Shown here: positions 10,439-18,368 of the stretch, piece after piece
Position numbering within the stretch: position 1 is the first letter of the stretch
How the letters are laid out: each line of letters starts with the position of its first letter
Sequence record: SRR20825006_1472
Strand: one strand, 5' to 3'
DNA length: 55,902 nt
Program-made: the position numbers and the translations under genes
The notes under the pieces: model-generated
Told to the model about the DNA's origin: nothing
Database searches by the model: none
What the model saw: the letters and a program-made list of their open reading frames with translations, nothing else

Positions 10439-11074
10439 ATGTCTGCTTCAACAAACCTACCAATGGTCATTCCATCCAATCGGGCCTGGAATCGTGGACG
10501 TATCATCGGCCAAAAAAGACCGCTTCAGCCCAAACATGTCTGGGCAATCCGCGTGCGTCTGGAAATTGCAAATGCGGTGAGAGACCTCGCACTGTTTAAC
10601 ACCGCAATCGACAGCAAGCTACGTGGGTGCGATCTCGTCAGATTGAAGGTTTCTGATGTTTATAGCGCCGGCGCCATCAAAGAACGTGCTTCGGTCCTAC
10701 AACGCAAAACCAAGTCACCAGTCAGATTTGAATTGACCGAAGGCACCAGAGCATCGCTCAAAGAGTGGATCGATGATCCCATAATAAGCGGCCACGGATT
10801 TCTTTGGCCTGGACGATTTCATGATCGACCCCATATTTCAACCCGACAATATGCCCGGATGCTCAAAGGCTGGGTTCAATCAATTGGTTTGGAACCAAGT
10901 GCCTATGGGACGCACTCAATGAGGCGAACTAAGGTCGCTCAAATCTGCAAGAAAACTGGAAACCTAAGAGCCGTGCAGTTGCTTCTAGGTCATACAAAGA
11001 TGGACAGCACTGTGCGTTATCTAGGAGTAGACCTCGAAGACGCTCTGTCGATATCCGAAAGTGTCGAGATTTAA
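10439..11074 (+). CDS. Small tyrosine recombinase (catalytic domain only, 211 aa)
   Basis: R (KLRGCDL), HSMRR, LLGH and RYL catalytic residues all present; AWNRGRIIGQKRPL N-terminus. Confidence 0.92.
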   Translation: MSASTNLPMVIPSNRAWNRGRIIGQKRPLQPKHVWAIRVRLEIANAVRDLALFNTAIDSKLRGCDLVRLKVSDVYSAGAIKERASVLQRKTKSPVRFELTEGTRASLKEWIDDPIISGHGFLWPGRFHDRPHISTRQYARMLKGWVQSIGLEPSAYGTHSMRRTKVAQICKKTGNLRAVQLLLGHTKMDSTVRYLGVDLEDALSISESVEI

Positions 11075-11194
11075 GCTTTGAACAAGGCCGACCCCGACAG
11101 TCGCCCCTCTTGGCTTTACGATCCATTTAGTTAGCAACCCAAAATAAGAGAACTACCGCAGAGGTTCAGCAACATCCAATTGCAGACTAGACTG

Positions 11195-11854
11195 CTACAG
11201 GTTCTTCTGCATCCCTGCGAGCCTCTGTTTTGTCATATGGAACCCGCCAAACTCAGCACGCGCGGTTAAGAACCTTACGCCTTCTTTTGTGGACAAATCA
11301 TTTTGCAAGCAATTCAAATTGGCGCTTTCATACCTTGCACCCAAAATGACCTCTTTGAGAACTGTAACTCTATTAAATGGTGCAAAATAATTCCCGCATT
11401 CAACAATGCAGTTTTCCAATTTGCGATGAAGCCTAACTTCGTCTTCGTATTGCCATTCTGCATGCTTAGAGCGCAGCATTCTTTCTACAAGGTCTTTTCT
11501 CTTGTCTGGAAACTGATCCACATCAAAGGGGGGCCGAATCCGATTTTCGATGTACACCATCGCCAGCATTAAGTGGTCGGGGACATCAAATCCAAGTGCA
11601 ATGCCTCTATGAGAATCCGCATAGTGCGCCCATAAAAGAGGTTGTTTCCAGTTTCTCGAGAACGAAATAATTCCCGACCCGTCAGATGCTATTTTGCGGA
11701 AATTGGTTGCCCAAGCTCGAACTCTTCTCTCACTCACGTCGAGCGACAAATATTCAAAAGGGTCATTCAGCTCATCAATAGGTGAAACTTTTATTCGCCG
11801 CTTGATAAGAGCTTCATGAGCCCAATGCGCCGGGTAGAATTTATATACTCTCAT
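11195..11854 (-). CDS. DUF2971-like protein
   Basis: LNDPFE, LLWAHYADSHRGIALGF, K..EWQYEDEVR and EVILGA motifs; start placed at MRVYKFY. Confidence 0.8.
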   Translation of the reverse strand: MRVYKFYPAHWAHEALIKRRIKVSPIDELNDPFEYLSLDVSERRVRAWATNFRKIASDGSGIISFSRNWKQPLLWAHYADSHRGIALGFDVPDHLMLAMVYIENRIRPPFDVDQFPDKRKDLVERMLRSKHAEWQYEDEVRLHRKLENCIVECGNYFAPFNRVTVLKEVILGARYESANLNCLQNDLSTKEGVRFLTARAEFGGFHMTKQRLAGMQKNL

Positions 11855-12071
11855 AACACATTCATAGCTTTGGCATAACTGCCGGGCAATCGACACAATC
11901 AAATGGCCACAGATTAATGCGGCAATAGTCCTCAGTGATAATTGACGGTAATCAACATAGCATTCCGGTAAACCATCATGCGACTCTCTTTGGAAGAGTT
12001 TAGCTTGTAGGTCAGTAAATAAACCAGCGTCGATCTATCCAATATTTAGAAAATGCGGAATCGTCGTTCGT

Positions 12072-12087
12072 GAACATAACGCAAACA
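12072..12087 (+). promoter_or_regulatory. Possible alphaproteobacterial LexA (SOS) box upstream of CBASS
   Basis: GAACA-TAACGC-AAACA, one mismatch to GAAC-N7-GAAC, about 60 nt before capV. Confidence 0.35.
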
Positions 12088-12148
12088 GATTTGAAGTTCA
12101 CTTCGCCTTGTAGTAGCCTTGAACTAGAATCAAAGAGAGATTTTTAAT

Positions 12149-13219
12149 TTGAAAACTTATCGGGTTTTGAGCATTGATGGCGGCGGCATGCGTGGCTACT
12201 ATAGCGCCGTGTATTTAAGCGCGCTCTCCAAGCGTTATGCAAAAGTAAGAGAAGTAGCCGAGCTGGATATCGGCAAGTCAGTGAATCTGATTGCCGGAAC
12301 GAGCACAGGCGCCATTCTAGCTTGCGCCCTTGCCAAAGGTGTTTCACTAGAGAAAGTAGCAAAGCTCTACAGGTGTAACGGTTCTAAGATTTTTCCGCAG
12401 AAAGTTCCTGACGGTATTAATTTTGACCTTGCTGTTCAATTGTGTCGACGACCTTCAATTATTGCGACTGGTGCTTCTGAGCTTGAGAGAGCTCTAACAG
12501 ATGAGTTGAAAGAGACTACCGTTGGTGACGTATGGCGTGATCGTGGTATCGCCCTAGCTATCCCCGCGGTCGAGATGTCAACCCACAAATCTTGGGTATT
12601 CAAGACACGGCATCTCCCGAACAGCAAAGATCGAGATGGAGGGTACAGACTAGTTGACGTCTGCATGGCATCGACTGCGGCGCCAGTTTATCGCTCGCTG
12701 GCCGCGATCGACAACCCGGATGACGACGACGGACACCTTGTGTTTGCCGATGGCGGCCTCTGGGCAAACAGTCCAGTGCTCGTCGGATTAATTGATGCGC
12801 TTGAGATGACGACAGCGGGCGACACTATCGAAATCTACTGCCTTGGAACTTGCCCACGGCCGGAGGGAACATCGCTTGCGAAGACCGATGTCAACATGGG
12901 GCTCGCCGATTGGAAGTTTGGCGCCAAAGTGCCAACAGTTGCAAACAGCGCTCAAGAATACGCATACTACAACATGGCGAGAATGATCGCGAGACATGTC
13001 GACCGCACTGTGAAGATTGTTCAGTTTCCGCGTGGGAGCATTTCGCAAAATCTCATGCCGTACCTAGATTTGGACGAAACCTCTCCAAGTGGGCTTGATG
13101 CGCTTCACAAGCAAGCAACAACGGATGCGTCCGTCGCGCTAAGTCAGTTTGGAGACGACAACAATGCTGAAGGGGCGGTCATGGATGCCTTCTTTAGGCA
13201 GGCGGCTGCAATTAATTAG
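12149..13219 (+). CDS. capV: CBASS patatin-like phospholipase effector
   Basis: DGGGMRG, GTSTG and DGG patatin motifs; directly upstream of a CD-NTase; TTG start. Confidence 0.9.
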   Translation: MKTYRVLSIDGGGMRGYYSAVYLSALSKRYAKVREVAELDIGKSVNLIAGTSTGAILACALAKGVSLEKVAKLYRCNGSKIFPQKVPDGINFDLAVQLCRRPSIIATGASELERALTDELKETTVGDVWRDRGIALAIPAVEMSTHKSWVFKTRHLPNSKDRDGGYRLVDVCMASTAAPVYRSLAAIDNPDDDDGHLVFADGGLWANSPVLVGLIDALEMTTAGDTIEIYCLGTCPRPEGTSLAKTDVNMGLADWKFGAKVPTVANSAQEYAYYNMARMIARHVDRTVKIVQFPRGSISQNLMPYLDLDETSPSGLDALHKQATTDASVALSQFGDDNNAEGAVMDAFFRQAAAIN

Positions 13220-13224
13220 AGGAT

Positions 13225-14268
13225 GTGAGAATGGAAGATTGCCACAAGGACTTCAACGCTTTCTATAGGGATGAAGTCGCCCTCGGCGAGGCTCAGCGGA
13301 CAGAAATGCGCCAACGTCGCGACACCAATCGCTCGAGCCTTAGGTCCGGTTTAGAACGCGATGAAGAGCCGGAGTCGATTGGCAGTGCATCTCAAGGCTC
13401 ATATGCGATGCGGACCATGATCCAAGACTCGGAAAACTGCTACGACATCGATGATGGGGTGTACTTTTCGAAAGCATCGCTAGTCGGCCCGAAAGGGGGA
13501 AACAAAACTCCTACTGAAGCGAAAGAGATGGTTAGGAAAGCATTGCATTCTAGTGCGTTCAACACGCCAGTAGCTGTCCATAAGAATTGCGTTAGAGTGC
13601 AGTACAACCAAGGGTACCATGTTGATGTGCCTGTATACCGCAAGATCGACGTGGACGAATACGGAAATTCGATAACACCGTACTATGAACTTGCTAGCAC
13701 GGTATGGAAGCGCTCCGATCCTCTCGCTGTAACGGAGTGGTTCAAAGAAGCATGTAAAGGAAGCGTCGACCTTTCTAACGGAACACAGCTGCGTCGTGTT
13801 GTACGGTTCCTCAAAAAATTCGCACAAAGCCGATCTAGCTGGAAAGGCTCCATTGCGCCCGGTTTTGCAATTAGCAAACTGGCTGTCGATAACTATCGCG
13901 GTGTTCAAGATCGTGATGACATTTGTTTACGTGAAACAATGACTGCCATTCGGGATGCGCTTTTTATAAATGAGAATATTGACCACCCAGTACTTGCAGG
14001 AGAAAAGATCATCGATGGCAGTACAGATGCAAGGTCGCGATTCTTACGTAGCAAGCTCACTTGGGCCCTTGAAAAGCTCGAAGGCCTCGACAAGAGAGAC
14101 TGTAAGCGCGCCGATGCCCTCGCTATCTGGGATCAAGTGTTCAACACTCAGTATTTTGGGAGCCGTGACGACAATACTCGTAAGAGCGTATCCTCTGCCG
14201 CTATCCTTAAAAGCGGCGAGGCACCTGACAAAGCGGTAAGTCTAGGTGGTGATCGGCGATACGGCTAA
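13225..14268 (+). CDS. dncV: CBASS cGAS/DncV-like nucleotidyltransferase (CD-NTase)
   Basis: SQGSYAMRT, YDIDDG and HVDVP catalytic motifs; C-terminal Gly (GGDRRYG); true start may be ATG 13231. Confidence 0.9.
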   Translation: MRMEDCHKDFNAFYRDEVALGEAQRTEMRQRRDTNRSSLRSGLERDEEPESIGSASQGSYAMRTMIQDSENCYDIDDGVYFSKASLVGPKGGNKTPTEAKEMVRKALHSSAFNTPVAVHKNCVRVQYNQGYHVDVPVYRKIDVDEYGNSITPYYELASTVWKRSDPLAVTEWFKEACKGSVDLSNGTQLRRVVRFLKKFAQSRSSWKGSIAPGFAISKLAVDNYRGVQDRDDICLRETMTAIRDALFINENIDHPVLAGEKIIDGSTDARSRFLRSKLTWALEKLEGLDKRDCKRADALAIWDQVFNTQYFGSRDDNTRKSVSSAAILKSGEAPDKAVSLGGDRRYG

Positions 14269-14270
14269 CA

Positions 14271-16115
14271 TTGAACAAGGGCTTACCACTCACTGCTCTG
14301 AATGAGCTCGAAAAATACATTATCTCTGATCTGAACGGATCCCCGCTAAGAGCTGACGTGGTTGGCTCATACAGAAATGGTGATCGGTTCAAACACGGGT
14401 GGGAAATTTGCATCGACTTTGAAGATGGCAGCAGTCAGTTGCTCCGAATTCTTGTTGCCGAGAGCTTTCCATTTTCACCTCCAGTGTTGGCGTTTCCCGA
14501 TGCAAGTCGATTTTTGGTTTGGCCACACGTGGAAGAAGACGGGCGATTGTGTCTGTTTACTCAAGCCACATCGATAAGTGCGAGTAATCCAGTCGGGGTG
14601 CTAGAGTGTCAGTTAAAGCACTTCGTTCGATATTATCAGGCTGCAAAATCTGGAAAGTTGCGAGACGATTTTATAGATGAATTTCTCTCTTATTGGGCAT
14701 GGGGAGTTGCGCAAAGTGAACTTGAAATCGTGTCTTTGCTGGATGTACAAGAGCCGAGTAGGAAGATCTTTGCGCATGTTGATGCCGCTAGGATCGTTTG
14801 TGCTGACACGAAGGACCATATTGTCGGTTGGTGCTTGCGTTACCAAAATAAAAGAATTGATCCAAGTAAGCTCGTTGTAGGTGTCCTGTTAGAGGTCAAT
14901 ACCCCCCCAACTCCGCCATATCCTAGATCGACGGGGGAGTTCTGGAACTACATAAGAGATGCTTCGCCGGCCGCCATTCAGCTTCTCAAGACCGTTGCTG
15001 AAGAGGATTGGCGAATTTTTCCGATCGTATTGAAATTCACCACACAATCAGGCGTTGGACTTGTTGGGATTCAGCTGCTGCAACGCCTGAAAAGCAACAC
15101 TTATAACCGTCGGGATCAAAGAGCCATCCCGGGATTTCGTCCTGGAAAGGCACCCGCCAGCATAATTGTCGAGAGACTATTAGCACCTTCACATGTTGTC
15201 GAACCCCTTAGGGTAATCCGTGCAGACCATGGATGGATTCATGGACGGGATCAAGATTCCGTGGCACGCGGATTATCAAACGCACGTGTAGCACTTGTTG
15301 GTTGCGGATCACTTGGGTCGGGTGTGGCTCGGTTGCTTGCCAAAAGTGGACTAGGGCACATGCTATTAGTTGACGACGACCTATTGGATTGGCCGAATAT
15401 CAGCCGACACGAGTTGGGAGCTAGGGGAATAAGAAAGTCAAAGTCTGAGTTTCTCTCACAAGAGATTCAAGAAAACTATCCACATCTTGAAGGCGTCAGT
15501 TACCACAAAAGCAAACTAATCCATCCGAGTTCTGAAATCGTGAAATCCATTTTAGGTTGTGATCTAATCGTAAATGCATCGGCTGATTGGCAGTGCGATC
15601 AATTTCTGGCACATCTCCAGAGCACGGTTGAAGGCTTTCCACCAGTCATTTACTCGTGGCTTGAGCCCGAAGCGCTTGCCGCACATGCGGTCCTTATCAA
15701 GTCTCGGTTCGACTCAATACTTGATGGGTTTGATCCCGTTGGACGGATGCATATTCCGATTTTAAACGATCAAAGCAATGGAGAAAAAGAACTACCTGGC
15801 TGTGCAGGAACTTTTTCATCATACGGATCAGTCGCACTTGGCCGGGCACAAAGCATGGTAGCAGAGGCTGCTATCATGGCCCTGCATGATCAATTCAGAA
15901 AATCGCTACATTTGGTTTCATTAGAGCGAATGAAGAATTTGAAAGAGCGGCGTGCTTCACCTAATCCCGAGTGGGTTGAACGGCATGGCCAGTATCCAGA
16001 GGCAGGTGGCATTTTAGAGCTGGATTGGAGAAAATCCCATAGGAGACCACCTAATGATCAGTGTCTGGATTGCCAATCGACGTCAACGCCTCACGTTCGA
16101 ACCAGGAGTACTTGA
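14271..16115 (+). CDS. cap2: CBASS Cap2 (E2-like plus E1/ThiF ligase)
   Basis: N-terminal FPFSPP..WPHVEEDGRLC (E2 Cys), C-terminal GCGSLGS, VDDD, NISRH and PGCAG (E1 Cys). Confidence 0.9.
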   Translation: MNKGLPLTALNELEKYIISDLNGSPLRADVVGSYRNGDRFKHGWEICIDFEDGSSQLLRILVAESFPFSPPVLAFPDASRFLVWPHVEEDGRLCLFTQATSISASNPVGVLECQLKHFVRYYQAAKSGKLRDDFIDEFLSYWAWGVAQSELEIVSLLDVQEPSRKIFAHVDAARIVCADTKDHIVGWCLRYQNKRIDPSKLVVGVLLEVNTPPTPPYPRSTGEFWNYIRDASPAAIQLLKTVAEEDWRIFPIVLKFTTQSGVGLVGIQLLQRLKSNTYNRRDQRAIPGFRPGKAPASIIVERLLAPSHVVEPLRVIRADHGWIHGRDQDSVARGLSNARVALVGCGSLGSGVARLLAKSGLGHMLLVDDDLLDWPNISRHELGARGIRKSKSEFLSQEIQENYPHLEGVSYHKSKLIHPSSEIVKSILGCDLIVNASADWQCDQFLAHLQSTVEGFPPVIYSWLEPEALAAHAVLIKSRFDSILDGFDPVGRMHIPILNDQSNGEKELPGCAGTFSSYGSVALGRAQSMVAEAAIMALHDQFRKSLHLVSLERMKNLKERRASPNPEWVERHGQYPEAGGILELDWRKSHRRPPNDQCLDCQSTSTPHVRTRST

Positions 16116-16533
16116 GCATTTTAAAGCAAATCGCCAGCTTGCTGTTTCCGCTACTGAAGCTGGTGGTCAGCTATTTGCGGCAATTGAGGGCAACGAAATC
16201 AAAGTCCGTGCAGCAACTGGACCATCGGCGTTAGATAATCGCTCACGCTATTCATTCGTGCCAAGTAATCTCGCCGCTCACATCTCCATCGCTACGATGT
16301 TTATAAAAGGACTTCACTACGTTGGTGACTGGCATACACACCCAGAGGACTGTCCGAGCCCATCCAACGACGACCGACGTAGTATTGCGGATACATATTT
16401 GAAATCAAAACACCAACTCGCGGGCATCATAATGGTGATTGTCGGACGATTGGATGTCCAACATGGGCTATACGTCGCAATTCAAGATGAAAATGGATTG
16501 CATGAAATCCGACTTCCCGACCAACAGATATGA
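16054..16533 (+). CDS. cap3: CBASS Cap3 JAB/Mov34 peptidase
   Basis: EAGGQLF and GDWHTHP..PSPSNDD JAMM motif; last gene of the operon. Confidence 0.9.
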   Translation: MISVWIANRRQRLTFEPGVLEHFKANRQLAVSATEAGGQLFAAIEGNEIKVRAATGPSALDNRSRYSFVPSNLAAHISIATMFIKGLHYVGDWHTHPEDCPSPSNDDRRSIADTYLKSKHQLAGIIMVIVGRLDVQHGLYVAIQDENGLHEIRLPDQQI

Positions 16534-16597
16534 ATGCGAAAAATGTGTCGATACGTCTGCAAACTACATTGAAATACACGGCTATGTGACACTGCTG

Positions 16598-16627
16598 AAC
16601 GTCCGCTTTCCGCCCATTGTAGTCATC
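16598..16627. repeat. Imperfect palindromic site at the right end of CBASS
   Basis: AACGTCCGCTTT-CCGCCC-ATTGTAGTCATC; the reverse complement of the left arm (AAAGCGGACGTT) matches the core of the 27/9333 repeats. Confidence 0.45.
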
Positions 16628-17113
16628 TGGCACAAAAGCGAAATAAAACTAACGTCTGTTAAAACTGGGGCATATTCCAAAAATATCACTTTATGGAAAA
16701 TGTTTACATTTTTCATAATTGTTGTATTATCTTCATATATCAATTGTATTTGGAGATTTAATATTTAGATTTATTTAGAATTAGCAGATATTATATTTCG
16801 ATGTTAAATATATACTGTTATTAAATAGTTAGCTCTATCGATATTGCAACAAATGTGTGAATCAAATTTTTCTCGACACTTTCGCCAAAAATGTGGCATA
16901 TTTTTTCCTGAAGCAGATTAAAATCGACTTTTTTACTCTCAATTTTGTCAGAAAAAGAGCCTGTATTGTGCGGTTTTCTGGTAAATCCAGCCCCTCCCCT
17001 TTTTGCAACGCCAGTTGCGTAGCGTGTGCATCTTAATGAGGAACGAAGTTCCGAATTTCATAAAAAAACTTACTCTGCGCCGACGATACAAAATCTCAAG
17101 GCTCGCCGTTTTA

Positions 17114-17933
17114 ATGCGCAGCAATCTTCTTGCTGCTCCACTTTGGGGCCGGTCAGCATCCCCCTCACCCATCGAAAACAAATGCACGGCTTTTGTTGGG
17201 CTGGCCGGGCTCAATCCATCTCAAATCTTGAATATCAATTTTGCTGCCACAGCCGCCCTAATGATTAGTCTTACGAGTGTGGCTGAAGTTAAAGCAAATG
17301 ATTGGTCTACTTCAGGTGATTTCAAACTGTCTGTCCGAAAGCCTTTGCAGATTGAATGGGGGCTTCCTACTGAACAATGGAAAAAACAGCACTTCTTCGA
17401 AAAGTCAGTCCGTGGCTATGAGTTCAAACTAGTAAAGCTGCATTCACGATATGAGGGCAAGACAAAGCGAAATCAGCTTCTCGCTGATCGCCTCAGTCGA
17501 AGCCCCTCACCGGCAATATGATGCAGTTCACTACAAGGCCAAGGTAAAGCCCCCTGCACTGCCCTCAACATTGACCATAGGCCAGATATTGCGATGGATC
17601 GAATATACTCCAGGGCAATATCACGCCATAGGCCGGTATCAGATCATTCCTGATACCTTGGCCTATTTGATCGAAGCTGAATCAATCTCTCATGGGGCTG
17701 TGTTTGATCAGAGGCTTCAAGATCAGCTCGCCATTCGCCTCTTGATGGATGCAGGACTTGGAAAGTTTGAGGCTGGAGCGCTCTCCATAGAACAGTTCAT
17801 GGACCGCGTTGCTGGCGTATGGGCTGGATTGCCACTTCAAAATAACAAGTCTGCCTATGACGGGATTGCGGGCAATCGTGCCATCATCAACCGCGATCAA
17901 TATAAAGCCGCTATGAGCGCGATTTATGGCTAG
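17114..17933 (+). pseudogene. Frameshifted secreted lysozyme-like (muramidase-fold) protein
   Basis: Downstream frame has IASVEA..YDA, AIGRYQII and FD..LQDQLA..L motifs; the upstream frame supplies a hydrophobic N-terminus; frames join near 17477-17482; start uncertain. Confidence 0.55.
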
Positions 17934-18070
17934 AAGCTATCACTTCACCAAAAAGATGAAAAAACGTCTGTATGACCGAAAAAACGGCCATATCAGCGAA
18001 ATTTTCACGCTCTGAACCACCGCATTTCCAGAAATTGACAGAACAGGCCACCAAATGGGGAGACAAATTA

Positions 18071-18150
18071 CAAAAAAGCAAAAGTGAAAATTAGCAATCA
18101 TACAAAAACGCAAAACAGCAAAACAGCAAAAGTACAAAAAGGCAAGCATG
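18071..18150 (+). repeat. Tandem array of ten degenerate 8-mers (consensus CAAAANNR)
   Basis: caaaaaag caaaagtg aaaattag caatcata caaaaacg caaaacag caaaacag caaaagta caaaaagg caagcatg. Confidence 0.7.
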
Positions 18151-18368
18151 ATAAATATACCTTTGGTGGCACGGTTACGCGTTCGGCCTCATGCCAATTA
18201 ACTCAGAAATGAGTCGGCATCCGAAGGCCAAACGAGGGCACCAAATTTGCCAACCTTCCCCACTGTAGGCGAATGCGGAGCCAAGCTTAAATTCATAATC
18301 AATCACAGTTGTTTCAAAGCTTCGCCAATCTCACTCTAATCTTTGTGACACAGCTTTTGGCTGGTAGC

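Larger units (their letters stand above)
9333..16627. mobile_element. Defence-island-like block (FicTA, tyrosine recombinase, DUF2971, type II CBASS) delimited by degenerate repeat sites
   Basis: Recombinase plus defence gene content; related short sites at 9333, 9369, about 11165-11187 and 16598-16627; AT-rich tract after the right end; boundaries inferred. Confidence 0.45.

Noticed and set aside
10439-11074. Integron integrase (IntI) or XerC/D call
   Set aside because: Too short, lacks the N-terminal core-binding domain and the IntI-specific insertion; no canonical attC sites recognised
11903-12060. Further recombinase-type site between DUF2971 and capV
   Set aside because: Only very weak resemblance; cannot be supported by eye
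16439-16950. ORF 16439-16768 and the AT-rich tract as a possible gene or origin
   Set aside because: No motifs, overlaps cap3, and no iterons or DnaA-box cluster seen; treated as intergenic or island edge
18046-18063. Fifth copy of the activator box (GGCCACCAAATGGGGAGA)
   Set aside because: It matches the core but not the flanks, and no credible gene start lies downstream at the conserved spacing
17940-18149. 69-aa hydrophobic ORF on the minus strand
   Set aside because: Its Phe/Cys-rich composition is a by-product of the A-rich 8-mer array
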